Notes under the pieces: model-generated
The model's database searches: none
Seen by the model: the letters and a program-made list of their open reading frames with translations, nothing else
What the model was told of the DNA's origin: nothing
Made by a program: the position numbers and the translations under genes
Part shown: positions 1 to 8,605 of the stretch, one piece after another
Layout of the letters: each line of letters begins with the position of its first letter
How positions within the stretch are numbered: the first letter of the stretch is position 1
IMG/VR virus record: IMGVR_UViG_3300048575_000121
Span: 1-40,893 of that record
Strand: one strand, 5' to 3'
Length of the DNA stretch: 40,893 nucleotides
From: a virus
Taxonomy: Duplodnaviria; Caudoviricetes

Positions 1-2353
1 CCACCGCCAGGCCGTAGCTCTGGCTCGCCGGGCCGGGCAGCACGTGGTGCAGGAAGACGATGCGCTCGTTGTGCTCGGTGGCGTTCAGGTGCACGTTGGC
101 CACCACCGGCTCGCTTTCCGGCAGCACGGTCAGCTCGAAATAGTGGGTGGCGAACAGGGTGAAGGCGCGCAGGTGCGCCAGGTGCTCGGCGGCGGACCAG
201 GCCAGCGACAGGCCGTCGAAGGTGCTGGTGCCGCGGCCCACTTCGTCCATCAGTACCAGGCTGCGGTCGGTGGCGTTGTGCAGGATGTTGGCGGTTTCGC
301 TCATCTCCACCATGAAGGTGGAACGGCCGCCGGCGAGGTCGTCGGACGAGCCGATACGGGTGAATATGCGATCCACCAGCGACAGCTCGCAGCGCGCCGC
401 CGGGACGAAGCTGCCGATGTGCGCCAGCAGCACGATCAGCGCCGTTTGCCGCATGTAGGTGGATTTACCGCCCATATTCGGGCCGGTAATCACCAGCATG
501 CGGGTGTCTTCGTCGAGCTTCAGGTCGTTGGCCACGAAGGGCGTGTCCAGCACCTGCTCCACCACCGGGTGGCGGCCCTGCTCGATGAGGATGCCCGACT
601 CCTCGACGAAGCGCGGGCGGTTCAGGTCGAGGTTCAGCGCACGCTCGGCCAGGTTCGCCAGCACGTCCAGTTCGGCCAGGGCGGCGGCGGTGTCCTGCAG
701 CGGCGCCAACTGGGCGATCAGCAGCTCCACCAGCTCCTCGTAGAGCTGCTTCTCGCGGGCCAGGGCGCGGCTCTGGGCGGACAGCGCCTTGTCCTCGAAG
801 GCCTTCAGTTCGGGGGTGATGAAGCGTTCGGCGCCCTTCAGCGTCTGGCGCCGCTGGTAATCGGCCGGCGCCTGCTCGGCCTGCATGCGCGGCAGCTCGA
901 TGTAGTAGCCATGGATGCGGTTGTAGCCGACCTTCAGACCCGACAGTCCGGTGCGTTCCTTCTCGCGGATCTCCAGGTCCATCAGGTACTGGCCGGCGTT
1001 CTCGCTGAGCGTCTGCAGCTCGTCCAGCTCGGCGTCGTAGCCGCGCTTGATGACGCCGCCGTCGCGGATCACCGCCGGCGGGTTGTCGATGATCGCGCGC
1101 GCCAGCAGGTCGGCCAGTTCCGGGTAGGTGCGGATGCTGGCGGCCAGTTCGCCCAGGTGCGGGGCTTCCAGCTCGGTCATGCCGCGTTGCAGCTCCGGCA
1201 GGGCGGCCAGGGCGTCGCGCAGGCGCGCCAGGTCGCGCGGGCGGGCGTTGCGCAGACCGATACGGGCGAGGATGCGCTCGACATCGCCGATTTCCTTCAG
1301 CTGTGGCTGAAGGTTCTCGAAACGGTAGCGCTCCAGCAGGCAGGCGATGGATTCCTGGCGGGCTTCCAGCACGGCGCGGTCGCGTAGCGGGCGGTTCAGC
1401 CAGCGCGTCAGCAGGCGGCTGCCCATGGCGGTCTGGCAGCGGTCCACCACCGATTGCAGGGTGTTGTCGCGGCCGCCGGAGAGGTTGGTGTCCAGCTCCA
1501 GGTTGCGGCGGCTGGCGCCGTCGAGGATGACGGTGTCGTCCAGGCGCTCGTGGCGCAGGCTGCGCAGGTGCGGCAGGGCGGTGCGCTGGGTTTCCTTGGC
1601 GTAGGCCAGCAGGCAGCCGGCGGCGCCGATGGCCAGGGGCAGGTCCTGGCAGCCGAAGCCCTTCAGGTCCTGGGTGGCGAATTGCTGGCAGAGGCTCTTG
1701 AACGCCGAGTCGCGGTCGAAGTCCCAGGGCGCGCGACGCCGCACACCACGGCGCTTCTCTGCCGGCAGGCCGGCGGGCCAGTCGTCGGGGATCAGCAGTT
1801 CCGCGGGGTTCAGGCGCTCCAGCTCGGCCAGCAGGGTTTCCCAGCCGCGGATTTCCTGGACGCTGAAGCGGCCGCTGGTGATGTCCAGCACCGCCAGGCC
1901 GAACAACCGCTCGTCGCCCAGCAGGGCGGCCAGCAGGTTGTCGCGGCGCTCGTCGAGCAGCGCCTCGTCGCTGACCGTGCCGGGGGTGATGATGCGCACC
2001 ACCTGGCGCTCCACCGGGCCCTTGCTGGTGGCCGGGTCGCCGATCTGTTCGCAGATGGCCACCGACTCCCCCAGCTTGACCAGCTTGGCCAGGTAGCCCT
2101 CCACGGCGTGGAAGGGGATGCCGGCCATGGGAATCGGCGTGCCGGCGGACTGGCCGCGGGTGGTGAGGGTGATGTCGAGCAGCTTGGCGGCCTTCTTGGC
2201 GTCCTCGTAGAACAGCTCGTAGAAGTCGCCCATGCGGTAGAACAGCAGTTGTTCCGGATGCTGTCTCTTCAGCTTCCAGTATTGCTGCATCATCGGGGTG
2301 TGAGCCGCGAGCCCGTCACCACTAGGCTCGGGGAAGGTCTGTCTTTTTGACAT
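1..2353 (-). CDS. mutS: DNA mismatch repair protein MutS (3' end beyond window; N-terminal ~35 codons probably phage-supplied)
   Basis: Manual translation from ATG 2353: [64 protein letters not shown]..., later [15 protein letters not shown] (Walker A), [29 protein letters not shown]. Missing from the ORF track because there is no stop within the window. Confidence 0.97.
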   Translation of the reverse strand, partial: MSKRQTFPEPSGDGLAAHTPMMQQYWKLKRQHPEQLLFYRMGDFYELFYEDAKKAAKLLDITLTTRGQSAGTPIPMAGIPFHAVEGYLAKLVKLGESVAICEQIGDPATSKGPVERQVVRIITPGTVSDEALLDERRDNLLAALLGDERLFGLAVLDITSGRFSVQEIRGWETLLAELERLNPAELLIPDDWPAGLPAEKRRGVRRRAPWDFDRDSAFKSLCQQFATQDLKGFGCQDLPLAIGAAGCLLAYAKETQRTALPHLRSLRHERLDDTVILDGASRRNLELDTNLSGGRDNTLQSVVDRCQTAMGSRLLTRWLNRPLRDRAVLEARQESIACLLERYRFENLQPQLKEIGDVERILARIGLRNARPRDLARLRDALAALPELQRGMTELEAPHLGELAASIRTYPELADLLARAIIDNPPAVIRDGGVIKRGYDAELDELQTLSENAGQYLMDLEIREKERTGLSGLKVGYNRIHGYYIELPRMQAEQAPADYQRRQTLKGAERFITPELKAFEDKALSAQSRALAREKQLYEELVELLIAQLAPLQDTAAALAELDVLANLAERALNLDLNRPRFVEESGILIEQGRHPVVEQVLDTPFVANDLKLDEDTRMLVITGPNMGGKSTYMRQTALIVLLAHIGSFVPAARCELSLVDRIFTRIGSSDDLAGGRSTFMVEMSETANILHNATDRSLVLMDEVGRGTSTFDGLSLAWSAAEHLAHLRAFTLFATHYFELTVLPESEPVVANVHLNATEHNERIVFLHHVLPGPASQSYGLAV

Positions 2354-2372
2354 AGGGGTGTTTGTCTAATAC

Positions 2373-3353
2373 TCAGCGCACTTTGACAGGCATTGTCGGG
2401 GCCTGAGCGATCTTCGGCAACCGCCCGCGCAAGTATCGTGCCGTCATCTTTGGATCGGAATGGCCGCCAAGCGTCTGTGCGTTCTTCCCTTCCTTGTCGG
2501 CGTCCGTCAGCGACTTTGCCCGGATGTCGTGGATGGTGACGTCGGTGATGCCCGTCTTCTCCCTCAACACCCTGAAAGCCATCTTCACCGTGGCGTAGCT
2601 GACGGGCTTTCCGGCGCGCGAGCAGAACAGCGTCAGGGTGCGAACCTTTCGCGGGAGCGCCTTCGCCCTGGCAATCACCTCCTCAAGGTCCGGCGTCATG
2701 GCCACTATGAGTTTGGCTCCAGTCTTCTGCTGGATGAACGCCACGCCATCCTGGGAGATGTCACTCAGGTGGATAGCCAGAACATCGCTGATGCGCTGGC
2801 CGGTCAGGTAGGCCATTTCGAGGATGCACCTGATGTAAGGGCTGGCGGCATTGAGCAGAGCCGCGAACTCCCCGTCCGTGATGTAGCGATCGCGCCTTCC
2901 CTCCTCGTGGCGGCTAACCCCAATGCAGGGGTTCGAGTCCACTTCCTGCCACTCCAGCCCATAGCCGAAGATGATTCGGGCGACAGACAGAATCCGGTTG
3001 CACATGTTTGGAGTGTTCACCAGGTCCATCTTCACCGCCGCGATGTGCTTCGGCATTACCTGCTTCGGATCGAACTCGGCGAAGATTTCCTTCAGGCGCT
3101 CCGCCGCCGCCTCGTACTGCAGCACAGTGTTGGCCGCCAGTTTCTTCTTCTTGAAGTGGTACTTCATGGCCCGATCGATCAGGTCAGGCATGCCGCCCTG
3201 CGTTGCCTGCGACATTTTGCGGGCGTACTCCAAAAGCGACTCCTGGTAGTCCTCGCCCAAGCGCAACCACTTGCTTTTCCGCACCAGGTAGTAGGCCCCG
3301 TGCTTGTGGTACATGCACTGCGGCAGGTGCCGGTCCTTCTTCCTCGGGCGCAT
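2373..3353 (-). CDS. int: Phage integrase (tyrosine recombinase)
   Basis: Catalytic motifs TGQRISD (R), QQKTG (K), HDIR, GGHSD, TARYLR (Y); located at the prophage edge. Confidence 0.93.
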   Translation of the reverse strand: MRPRKKDRHLPQCMYHKHGAYYLVRKSKWLRLGEDYQESLLEYARKMSQATQGGMPDLIDRAMKYHFKKKKLAANTVLQYEAAAERLKEIFAEFDPKQVMPKHIAAVKMDLVNTPNMCNRILSVARIIFGYGLEWQEVDSNPCIGVSRHEEGRRDRYITDGEFAALLNAASPYIRCILEMAYLTGQRISDVLAIHLSDISQDGVAFIQQKTGAKLIVAMTPDLEEVIARAKALPRKVRTLTLFCSRAGKPVSYATVKMAFRVLREKTGITDVTIHDIRAKSLTDADKEGKNAQTLGGHSDPKMTARYLRGRLPKIAQAPTMPVKVR

Positions 3354-3363
3354 GCCTCCCTCC

Positions 3364-3567
3364 TCACGAGCCCGTCAAGCGCAGGCGCGGCTCTTTCTTC
3401 TGCTGCTGATTTGATCCTAGACGGGAAAGCACAATTTCCCGCAAGACCTTGGGGCGACCGTCAGCGCCGACCACGTAGCCGAAACGATGCTCGTCGAGCC
3501 AGCGAATTTGCGCGCTAGCGCGGGTGCGGCCGGTCAGTTCGGCCACCTCTTCAGGTGTCATGAACAT
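3364..3567 (-). CDS. Excisionase-like protein (DUF4224-type)
   Basis: 67-aa basic wHTH-like MFMTPEEVAELTGRTRASAQIRWL...DGRPKV directly upstream of int. Confidence 0.8.
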   Translation of the reverse strand: MFMTPEEVAELTGRTRASAQIRWLDEHRFGYVVGADGRPKVLREIVLSRLGSNQQQKKEPRLRLTGS

Positions 3568-3616
3568 GGAAATACCTCTTCGCGCCGGTGGCCGGCGCGG
3601 AATGAAAGGGGGGGGG

Positions 3617-3739
3617 TTAGAAGCTGCACCCCCACTGCATGGCAGCGAATGCCGGGACCAGCGGCACGGCGATGACCGCGCCGGCGACCGCCAGGCCGAG
3701 CAGGACGGCGCCGGCTGCGAGGATTAGGGCTCTACGCAT
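3617..3739 (-). CDS. Small hydrophobic single-TM peptide (40 aa)
   Basis: MRRALILAAGAVLLGLAVAGAVIAVPLVPAFAAMQWGCSF; start overlaps the stop of the upstream gene; below the ORF-track cut-off. Confidence 0.55.
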   Translation of the reverse strand: MRRALILAAGAVLLGLAVAGAVIAVPLVPAFAAMQWGCSF

Positions 3740-4391
3740 CGCTCCCTCCGGCCGTCGGTGCGGCAGCACGGTCCAGGCGCTCGATCTCGGCCAGCGTCAG
3801 GGCGCAGGCCTTGACCAGATCGCGGCGCGCGGTGGTCGGCTTCCACCATTGCTGGTCCCACGGCCAGGCCAGCGACACCAGCAGAGCTGTGGTTTTATCA
3901 TCCGCCGCGCTGGAGCCGGCCAGGGCGTAGCAGGCGGCGGCGCGGGCCATCTGGCCGTGGTCGTGCTCGTTGTCGTGCTCCGGCGTCCAGCCCTCGGCCG
4001 CCACCTGGCGGCGCCGCTCGGCCTGTACGTCGAGCCAGGCCTGGGGCACCTGCCCAGCCTGGGCGGCCGGGACGGCGCCGGCCTTGTCTGCTCGCACGTA
4101 CTCAATGCCATCGTCGATATCGTTCTCGCACCAACTGACCTCGGTCAGTTCGCTGAAGTCGATGTCGCGCGGACATTCGGCGCCCACGATGAGATAGATG
4201 CGTTCCGGTGCGGTCTGGACGATCCGCTCCCCCTGCGCGCCCTCTGCCTGCTCGGTGTGCTGCGAGGCGAGGATCTGCTGCGCCATCCAGATTTCGTTCC
4301 CGGTGATGTAGACCTGGGTGAAGTCGCCTTTGATGGCTTTGCCGCTATAAAGTCCGGCGATGTGGCGGATCAGGTCCATTGTCATGGTCAT
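3732..4391 (-). CDS. Conserved phage hypothetical protein
   Basis: C-terminal DVQAERRRQ..EGWTPEHD..WPW...WWKP..RRDLVKA.AL.LAEIERLDR block is familiar from phage early regions. Confidence 0.75.
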   Translation of the reverse strand: MTMTMDLIRHIAGLYSGKAIKGDFTQVYITGNEIWMAQQILASQHTEQAEGAQGERIVQTAPERIYLIVGAECPRDIDFSELTEVSWCENDIDDGIEYVRADKAGAVPAAQAGQVPQAWLDVQAERRRQVAAEGWTPEHDNEHDHGQMARAAACYALAGSSAADDKTTALLVSLAWPWDQQWWKPTTARRDLVKACALTLAEIERLDRAAAPTAGGSDA

Positions 4392-4394
4392 GGC

Positions 4395-4592
4395 TTAGTC
4401 CTCGACGGGGTACTGGCGATGGCCGCGCTCGCCCTGGCGGGCGTCGATGGCGGCCTGGATCAGCTGGCGGCCCAGCTGCTGCATCTGGTCGGGGTAGAGC
4501 AGGGCGCCCAGGCGGGGCAGGCCGCTGACTTCGGCGATGGGGTTGCCCTGCTGGTCGAGGCGGTGCTCGACGGTCAACTGGATGGGTTGCAT
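4395..4592 (-). CDS. Phage hypothetical protein (65 aa)
   Basis: MQPIQLTVEH... start chosen within track ORF 4395-4844; packs tightly with neighbours. Confidence 0.6.
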   Translation of the reverse strand: MQPIQLTVEHRLDQQGNPIAEVSGLPRLGALLYPDQMQQLGRQLIQAAIDARQGERGHRQYPVED

Positions 4593-4954
4593 GGTGCGGG
4601 CTCCGGGATAGGGTCCATCATCTGGCCGACGACGTAGCCGACGGCCTCCCATTCGAGCTGTGCCTGCCGGCCGAGCTCGTCGAGCAGAGGCTGAGGAAGG
4701 GTGAACGTCCGGGCGCCGATGCCTTCGCGGTAGCGCGGGCGCTCCACCAGGTGTCCATCGGCCGCGAGCTTGGCCAGGCGGCGCAGGTTCTTCGCCCGAT
4801 CGCCAGGCAGGGAGTAGGACTGGATGCCCGTAAGACTGGCGCAATTGGCGTTCCAGGCCTCGAGCTTCCGCCGGCCGCCGAAGTAGTGGTTGAGCAGCCA
4901 GGTCTTGGCATTGCGCAGCAGAGCCGCGCGCACGTCATCAGGAAGCTGGTGCAT
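4574..4954 (-). CDS. Phage hypothetical protein
   Basis: 126-aa ORF, AAGGAG RBS upstream, operon packing. Confidence 0.65.
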   Translation of the reverse strand: MHQLPDDVRAALLRNAKTWLLNHYFGGRRKLEAWNANCASLTGIQSYSLPGDRAKNLRRLAKLAADGHLVERPRYREGIGARTFTLPQPLLDELGRQAQLEWEAVGYVVGQMMDPIPEPAPCNPSS

Positions 4955-5045
4955 GGGGTGGCTCCTTGGCCGGCGGCGTGCAGCGCAGGCAGTCGCATTC
5001 GTTGGTGGGGCGGCCAGTGCCGCGGCAGTATTCGGGGCGGTTCAT
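4938..5045 (-). CDS. Small Cys-rich peptide (35 aa)
   Basis: MNRPEYCRGTGRPTNECDCLRCTPPAKEPPHAPAS; ATGA overlap with the upstream stop. Confidence 0.45.
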   Translation of the reverse strand: MNRPEYCRGTGRPTNECDCLRCTPPAKEPPHAPAS

Positions 5046-5485
5046 TGGATCTCCCAGAGCAGTTTCTGCCCCTGGTTCGGCGTCTCGACGCGCGGGCGGC
5101 TGGGGCAGTTCCAACTGCCGCCGCCGCGGATGCCGACCAGGTGCCAGCCGCTGGCGCGCAGGCTGGCGCCGGCCTCGCTGGCGAGGATGTAGGTGATGAG
5201 GCGGCGGTAGCCCAGGGCGCGGGTGGCGCGCCAGGCTGCGCCGTAGAGCTTCGAGCAGCCATTGCGGGTTCCGTCGGTGCAGCAGCGGGTTACCTCGAGC
5301 GTCAGACCGTCGTCGAGGTGTCGCGCGACGGGGCGGCCGACGATGGCCACCCCGACGATGCGGTCCCCGGCGGCCAGGCCAAGGCTGAACTTGTGGCCCT
5401 GGACCTGGCCGTGGTGGCGGTGGTGCTGCTCGACGAACGTGTTGGCCTCTGCGAGGGTGAGGGGGCAGATGTCGAGTCGCCCCAT
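5042..5485 (-). CDS. XF1762-family / Mom-like GNAT-fold protein
   Basis: EANTFVEQHHRHH...GVAIVGRPVAR..LEVTRCCTDGTRNGCSKLY..LITY..E.GASLRASGW. Confidence 0.7.
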   Translation of the reverse strand: MGRLDICPLTLAEANTFVEQHHRHHGQVQGHKFSLGLAAGDRIVGVAIVGRPVARHLDDGLTLEVTRCCTDGTRNGCSKLYGAAWRATRALGYRRLITYILASEAGASLRASGWHLVGIRGGGSWNCPSRPRVETPNQGQKLLWEIQ

Positions 5486-5487
5486 CG

Positions 5488-5889
5488 CTATTCCCCGCCT
5501 GGCCGGTTGCGGATCAGGGCGCGCTTCGCCCAACTGGTGCGGTCGAGCAGCATGCTGGTGATGAAGTAGAAGTTGCGCCGGCGGTTGACGATGATCTCCT
5601 CGTGCCTGGGGTCGCCCGGGTTGAGTACCTGGTGGACGCGGAAGTGCTTGATCTCGCCCCGGGCGTCGTAGACGCGCAGCTTGTCGCCGGCGCGCACCTG
5701 GCCGGCGGCGCGCACCTCGGTCCATTCGAACTCCTCTTCGCGCAGGACGCTGGCGCATGCGGTGCGTGCCGCGCGCGCCAGCGCCCGGGCCAGGTCGGTG
5801 GGCGTCTGGCGTCGGATCACGTCGGGGTTGAACTCGCGGGCGCACAGCTTAATGAAGTAGTCGGCGTCGAGGCCGTGCTCATTGGTCAT
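5488..5889 (-). CDS. Phage hypothetical protein
   Basis: 133-aa ORF packed in the operon. Confidence 0.65.
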   Translation of the reverse strand: MTNEHGLDADYFIKLCAREFNPDVIRRQTPTDLARALARAARTACASVLREEEFEWTEVRAAGQVRAGDKLRVYDARGEIKHFRVHQVLNPGDPRHEEIIVNRRRNFYFITSMLLDRTSWAKRALIRNRPGGE

Positions 5890-5892
5890 GAC

Positions 5893-6210
5893 TCAATCCA
5901 ACTGGTAGTAGACGTGGCAGGAGATGCCGGCCGCCTGCAGGTGCTTGGCCATGGCCTGCACACCGGCTGCGCGGCGGTTACCGATACCGGCGAATGGCGC
6001 ATCAAGGTGGAACCAGCCAGCGAAGCGGCCTTTGAAGAGCACCGGAACACCGGCCTTCTTGAGCGAGGCGGTGCGGACGCCGGCGAGGTCGGTCAGAACC
6101 ACGTGATCCAGGTTCGCGGAGCCGCGGTCATCAGGCTGGGCCGTTGCGGCGGCGCGGCCCGCCTCGATGGCTTCCCGACACAGCGCGGCGATATGGTTGA
6201 GGTCAGTCAT
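5893..6210 (-). CDS. Phage hypothetical protein
   Basis: MTDLNHIAALC...YYQLD; ATGA overlap with the upstream gene. Confidence 0.65.
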   Translation of the reverse strand: MTDLNHIAALCREAIEAGRAAATAQPDDRGSANLDHVVLTDLAGVRTASLKKAGVPVLFKGRFAGWFHLDAPFAGIGNRRAAGVQAMAKHLQAAGISCHVYYQLD

Positions 6211-6911
6211 GGCGTCACCTGCTTGAACTCGACCACCCATACCCAGGGGTTGGCGTCCCAACTGTCGGCGCCGTTGATTGATCGCCACAGGTGCTCGAAG
6301 GCATGTTGCGGCCAGGTGAACGCAGGGCCGCCTTCGTCAGTTGCGAACCACCGGCGCTTGTCGAAGTGCACACCCTCGGCGATAGCCTGCTCCTCGCTGA
6401 TGTCCTGCAGGCGCTCGACGCGCACGGCGGTGATCTCCAGCAGGATGCGGCTGGCCCAGCGCGGCATGTGGATGCTTGGGCGGTGGCGCCAGATCTTGTT
6501 CGGTTCCGCTGCGGAATAGGCGCCGTTGCGCAAGCCGCTCGGGTAGTGGCGGTTGGGCTCGTTCGGCGGGGGGCCGTCGGCCGAGTAGACAATCCGCTTG
6601 CTGCCGAACCAGGCGCCGGTGTCGTCTTCCGGGTAGGTGGCCTGCCAGTCGCCAGCCTGCCACCAGCTCTCGCGTACCCACAGGCGGTCGCCGGGCTTGC
6701 CGTATGGGCAAGCACGCACCTGCTCATCCCACCCTGCATCGGGGTTGTGCGGTTTCGGCGGCATCCAGGCCCAGGGGTTGTTCGCGTAAGGGAAGACCTC
6801 GGTAACTATCGCAGGCCACGACGGCTTGACGATCCGGCGCGTGACCGTCTTCCGGCCTTCCAGGATGGCGCGGACCATGGCGCCGCTGAACAGGATGGGG
6901 CGCTCCTTCAT
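6207..6911 (-). CDS. ASCH/PUA-like phage protein
   Basis: MKERPILFSGAMVRAILEGRKTVTRR, CPYGKPGDRLWVRE, PSIHMPRWASRILLEI..VRVERLQDISE, WDANPWVWVVEF. Confidence 0.8.
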   Translation of the reverse strand: MKERPILFSGAMVRAILEGRKTVTRRIVKPSWPAIVTEVFPYANNPWAWMPPKPHNPDAGWDEQVRACPYGKPGDRLWVRESWWQAGDWQATYPEDDTGAWFGSKRIVYSADGPPPNEPNRHYPSGLRNGAYSAAEPNKIWRHRPSIHMPRWASRILLEITAVRVERLQDISEEQAIAEGVHFDKRRWFATDEGGPAFTWPQHAFEHLWRSINGADSWDANPWVWVVEFKQVTP

Positions 6912-7228
6912 GCTGCGCTCCTTGCGGGCTCGGTGATGGTGTCGGCCATGACGATCTTCATTCCCAGGTCCACGGCCAGCGCGCGCTCGATGTTGGCGCC
7001 GCGGGAGGCGAGCCAGCCCGGGAGCAGGGCGATGGTTTCGCAGGTGACCAACTGGGCCAGAGCCAGGCGCATGTAGCCGGCCCAGGTGCCGCAGGCGGGC
7101 GCTGCGTTCTCGGCCGGGTTCTCGACGTGGTAGCCGAGCTGGCGCAGGCGCGCGGCCTCGGCGTGGAAGGCCGGGTAGTTGAACTCCGGCAGGCCTGTGC
7201 AAGGCCCTGCAAGATAGATTCGGATCAT
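6908..7228 (-). CDS. DUF4406 protein (nucleoside deoxyribosyltransferase-like fold)
   Basis: IYLAGPxTGLPEFNYPAF...NPAE...LLPGW..SRGA.IE. Confidence 0.8.
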   Translation of the reverse strand: MIRIYLAGPCTGLPEFNYPAFHAEAARLRQLGYHVENPAENAAPACGTWAGYMRLALAQLVTCETIALLPGWLASRGANIERALAVDLGMKIVMADTITEPARSAA

Positions 7229-7764
7229 GAGGCTTTCTGCTCCTGGAGCTTGAGGTGCGCCCAGAGGCGACCGGTCATGATGTGGTTGATGGTTGCCAGG
7301 CAGACGCCGTACTCGGCGGCCAGCGCCGCCTGGCTGATGCCGCCGGCGCGGTAGCGCGCGTGAATCTCGCGGACCTTCTGCTCGGTGAGTACCGCCTGGG
7401 TATGGGCTGAGCCGCGTTTCGCCTTGGTGATTCGCCGGCCCTTGAGGTCCATGTCCTTCACGTTCTCCTCGTTGGTTCCGAGGAAGAGGTGGGCGGGGTT
7501 CACGCAGCGCGGGTTGTCGCACTGGTGCAGGACGCATAGGCCGTGAAAACTGGCGTGATTCGGTATCGGGCCGTTGGCCAACTCGTAGGAGAAGCGGTGC
7601 GCGCCGACCATGCTGTTGCGGCGGCTGCCGTCAGGGTTGCGCGCAGGGCCAACGGAGAACTTGCCGTAGCCCTTTCGGTCGGTGGCGGCCGTCCAGATCC
7701 AGCAGTCGCCGGACTTGTCGACCTTCGACCAGAAGCGCTCGGCCGCTCGGTTTTCTTCGGGCAT
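7225..7764 (-). CDS. HNH homing-type endonuclease with C-terminal HTH
   Basis: RFWSKVDKSGDCWIW, AHRFSYEL, VLHQCDNPRCVNPAHL.LGT..EN..D; C-terminal SQAALAAEYGV...I. Confidence 0.85.
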   Translation of the reverse strand: MPEENRAAERFWSKVDKSGDCWIWTAATDRKGYGKFSVGPARNPDGSRRNSMVGAHRFSYELANGPIPNHASFHGLCVLHQCDNPRCVNPAHLFLGTNEENVKDMDLKGRRITKAKRGSAHTQAVLTEQKVREIHARYRAGGISQAALAAEYGVCLATINHIMTGRLWAHLKLQEQKAS

Positions 7765-7831
7765 GGCTGATCCTCGGCGCCTGCTGGCGCGGAAAAGAGT
7801 TTCCGGAAAGGGGTAAGAGATTTCGGGGAGG

Positions 7832-8548
7832 TCAGGTGGCGGCAGGCTGCTTCTGCGCCAGGATGGCCAGAGCGGCATGGCGGATCATGTAGAGTTCAAG
7901 CATCAGCGACTCGGAAGGCGTGGTGACTCTGATTTCCCACCAGTCCGGGCCCAGGCCCAGCGTCTCGCAGTGCTCGTTCATGAGCACGCCTGCCTGGTGC
8001 TGGTCCCCGATGTCGGTAGCTTCAGCGAGCAGGTCTACCAATTCGTCCCACTTCTCGTCAGCGTCCTCCTTTCGAGCCTCCACCTGAACGAAGGCGCGAA
8101 GTTCTGCCCATCGACTGCCATCCGGCCCGCGTTCCTTCTCCTCGCGAACCCAGGCTGGCAACTCATCGTAGGCATCGCAGTCAGCCTCATCGGCAATGCG
8201 CTGGCAAATCCCATTGATAAGCGCACTGCGGAAGGCGGTCTCGTCGAAGTCTCTTTTCTTGCACTTATCATCCAGCTTCGAATGGATGTAGTAGCCGACG
8301 TCGTCGCCGGCTAGGAAGTCCAGGCCGTAGCCCAGTCCGACGCTGAAGGTTAGGTTGGCAATGTCGCCCACAACTGCGATGCCGTAGCGGGTGAGCATGA
8401 TGTCGAACGCGTAGGCGCTGGTGCCGGGCCGCTCGCAGCGCCAGACCTTCACGTCATCGGCGTCTACCAGTGGCCGGTATTGGTGATTCTTCAGGCGCTC
8501 GGTGGCCCAGGCCCTGCGCTCGTCGCGGAGCTGTTCGTAGGTTTTCAT
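7832..8548 (-). CDS. Phage hypothetical protein
   Basis: 238-aa ORF with AAGGA RBS; flanked by copies of a short repeat. Confidence 0.7.
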   Translation of the reverse strand: MKTYEQLRDERRAWATERLKNHQYRPLVDADDVKVWRCERPGTSAYAFDIMLTRYGIAVVGDIANLTFSVGLGYGLDFLAGDDVGYYIHSKLDDKCKKRDFDETAFRSALINGICQRIADEADCDAYDELPAWVREEKERGPDGSRWAELRAFVQVEARKEDADEKWDELVDLLAEATDIGDQHQAGVLMNEHCETLGLGPDWWEIRVTTPSESLMLELYMIRHAALAILAQKQPAAT

Positions 8549-8605
8549 TCGGTTTCCTTGCGCCTACTGGCGCGGAACTTGTGGAAGAGGGGCTGCTGGG
8601 GAGGA

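Noticed and set aside
44-2350. Long plus-strand ORFs 44-1387 and 1454-2350
   Set aside because: Antisense shadows of GC-rich mutS codons; no recognisable motifs.
3608-3616. G9 homopolymer upstream of xis as a phase-variation switch
   Set aside because: Intergenic and not within an identifiable promoter; no evidence of length variation from a single sequence.
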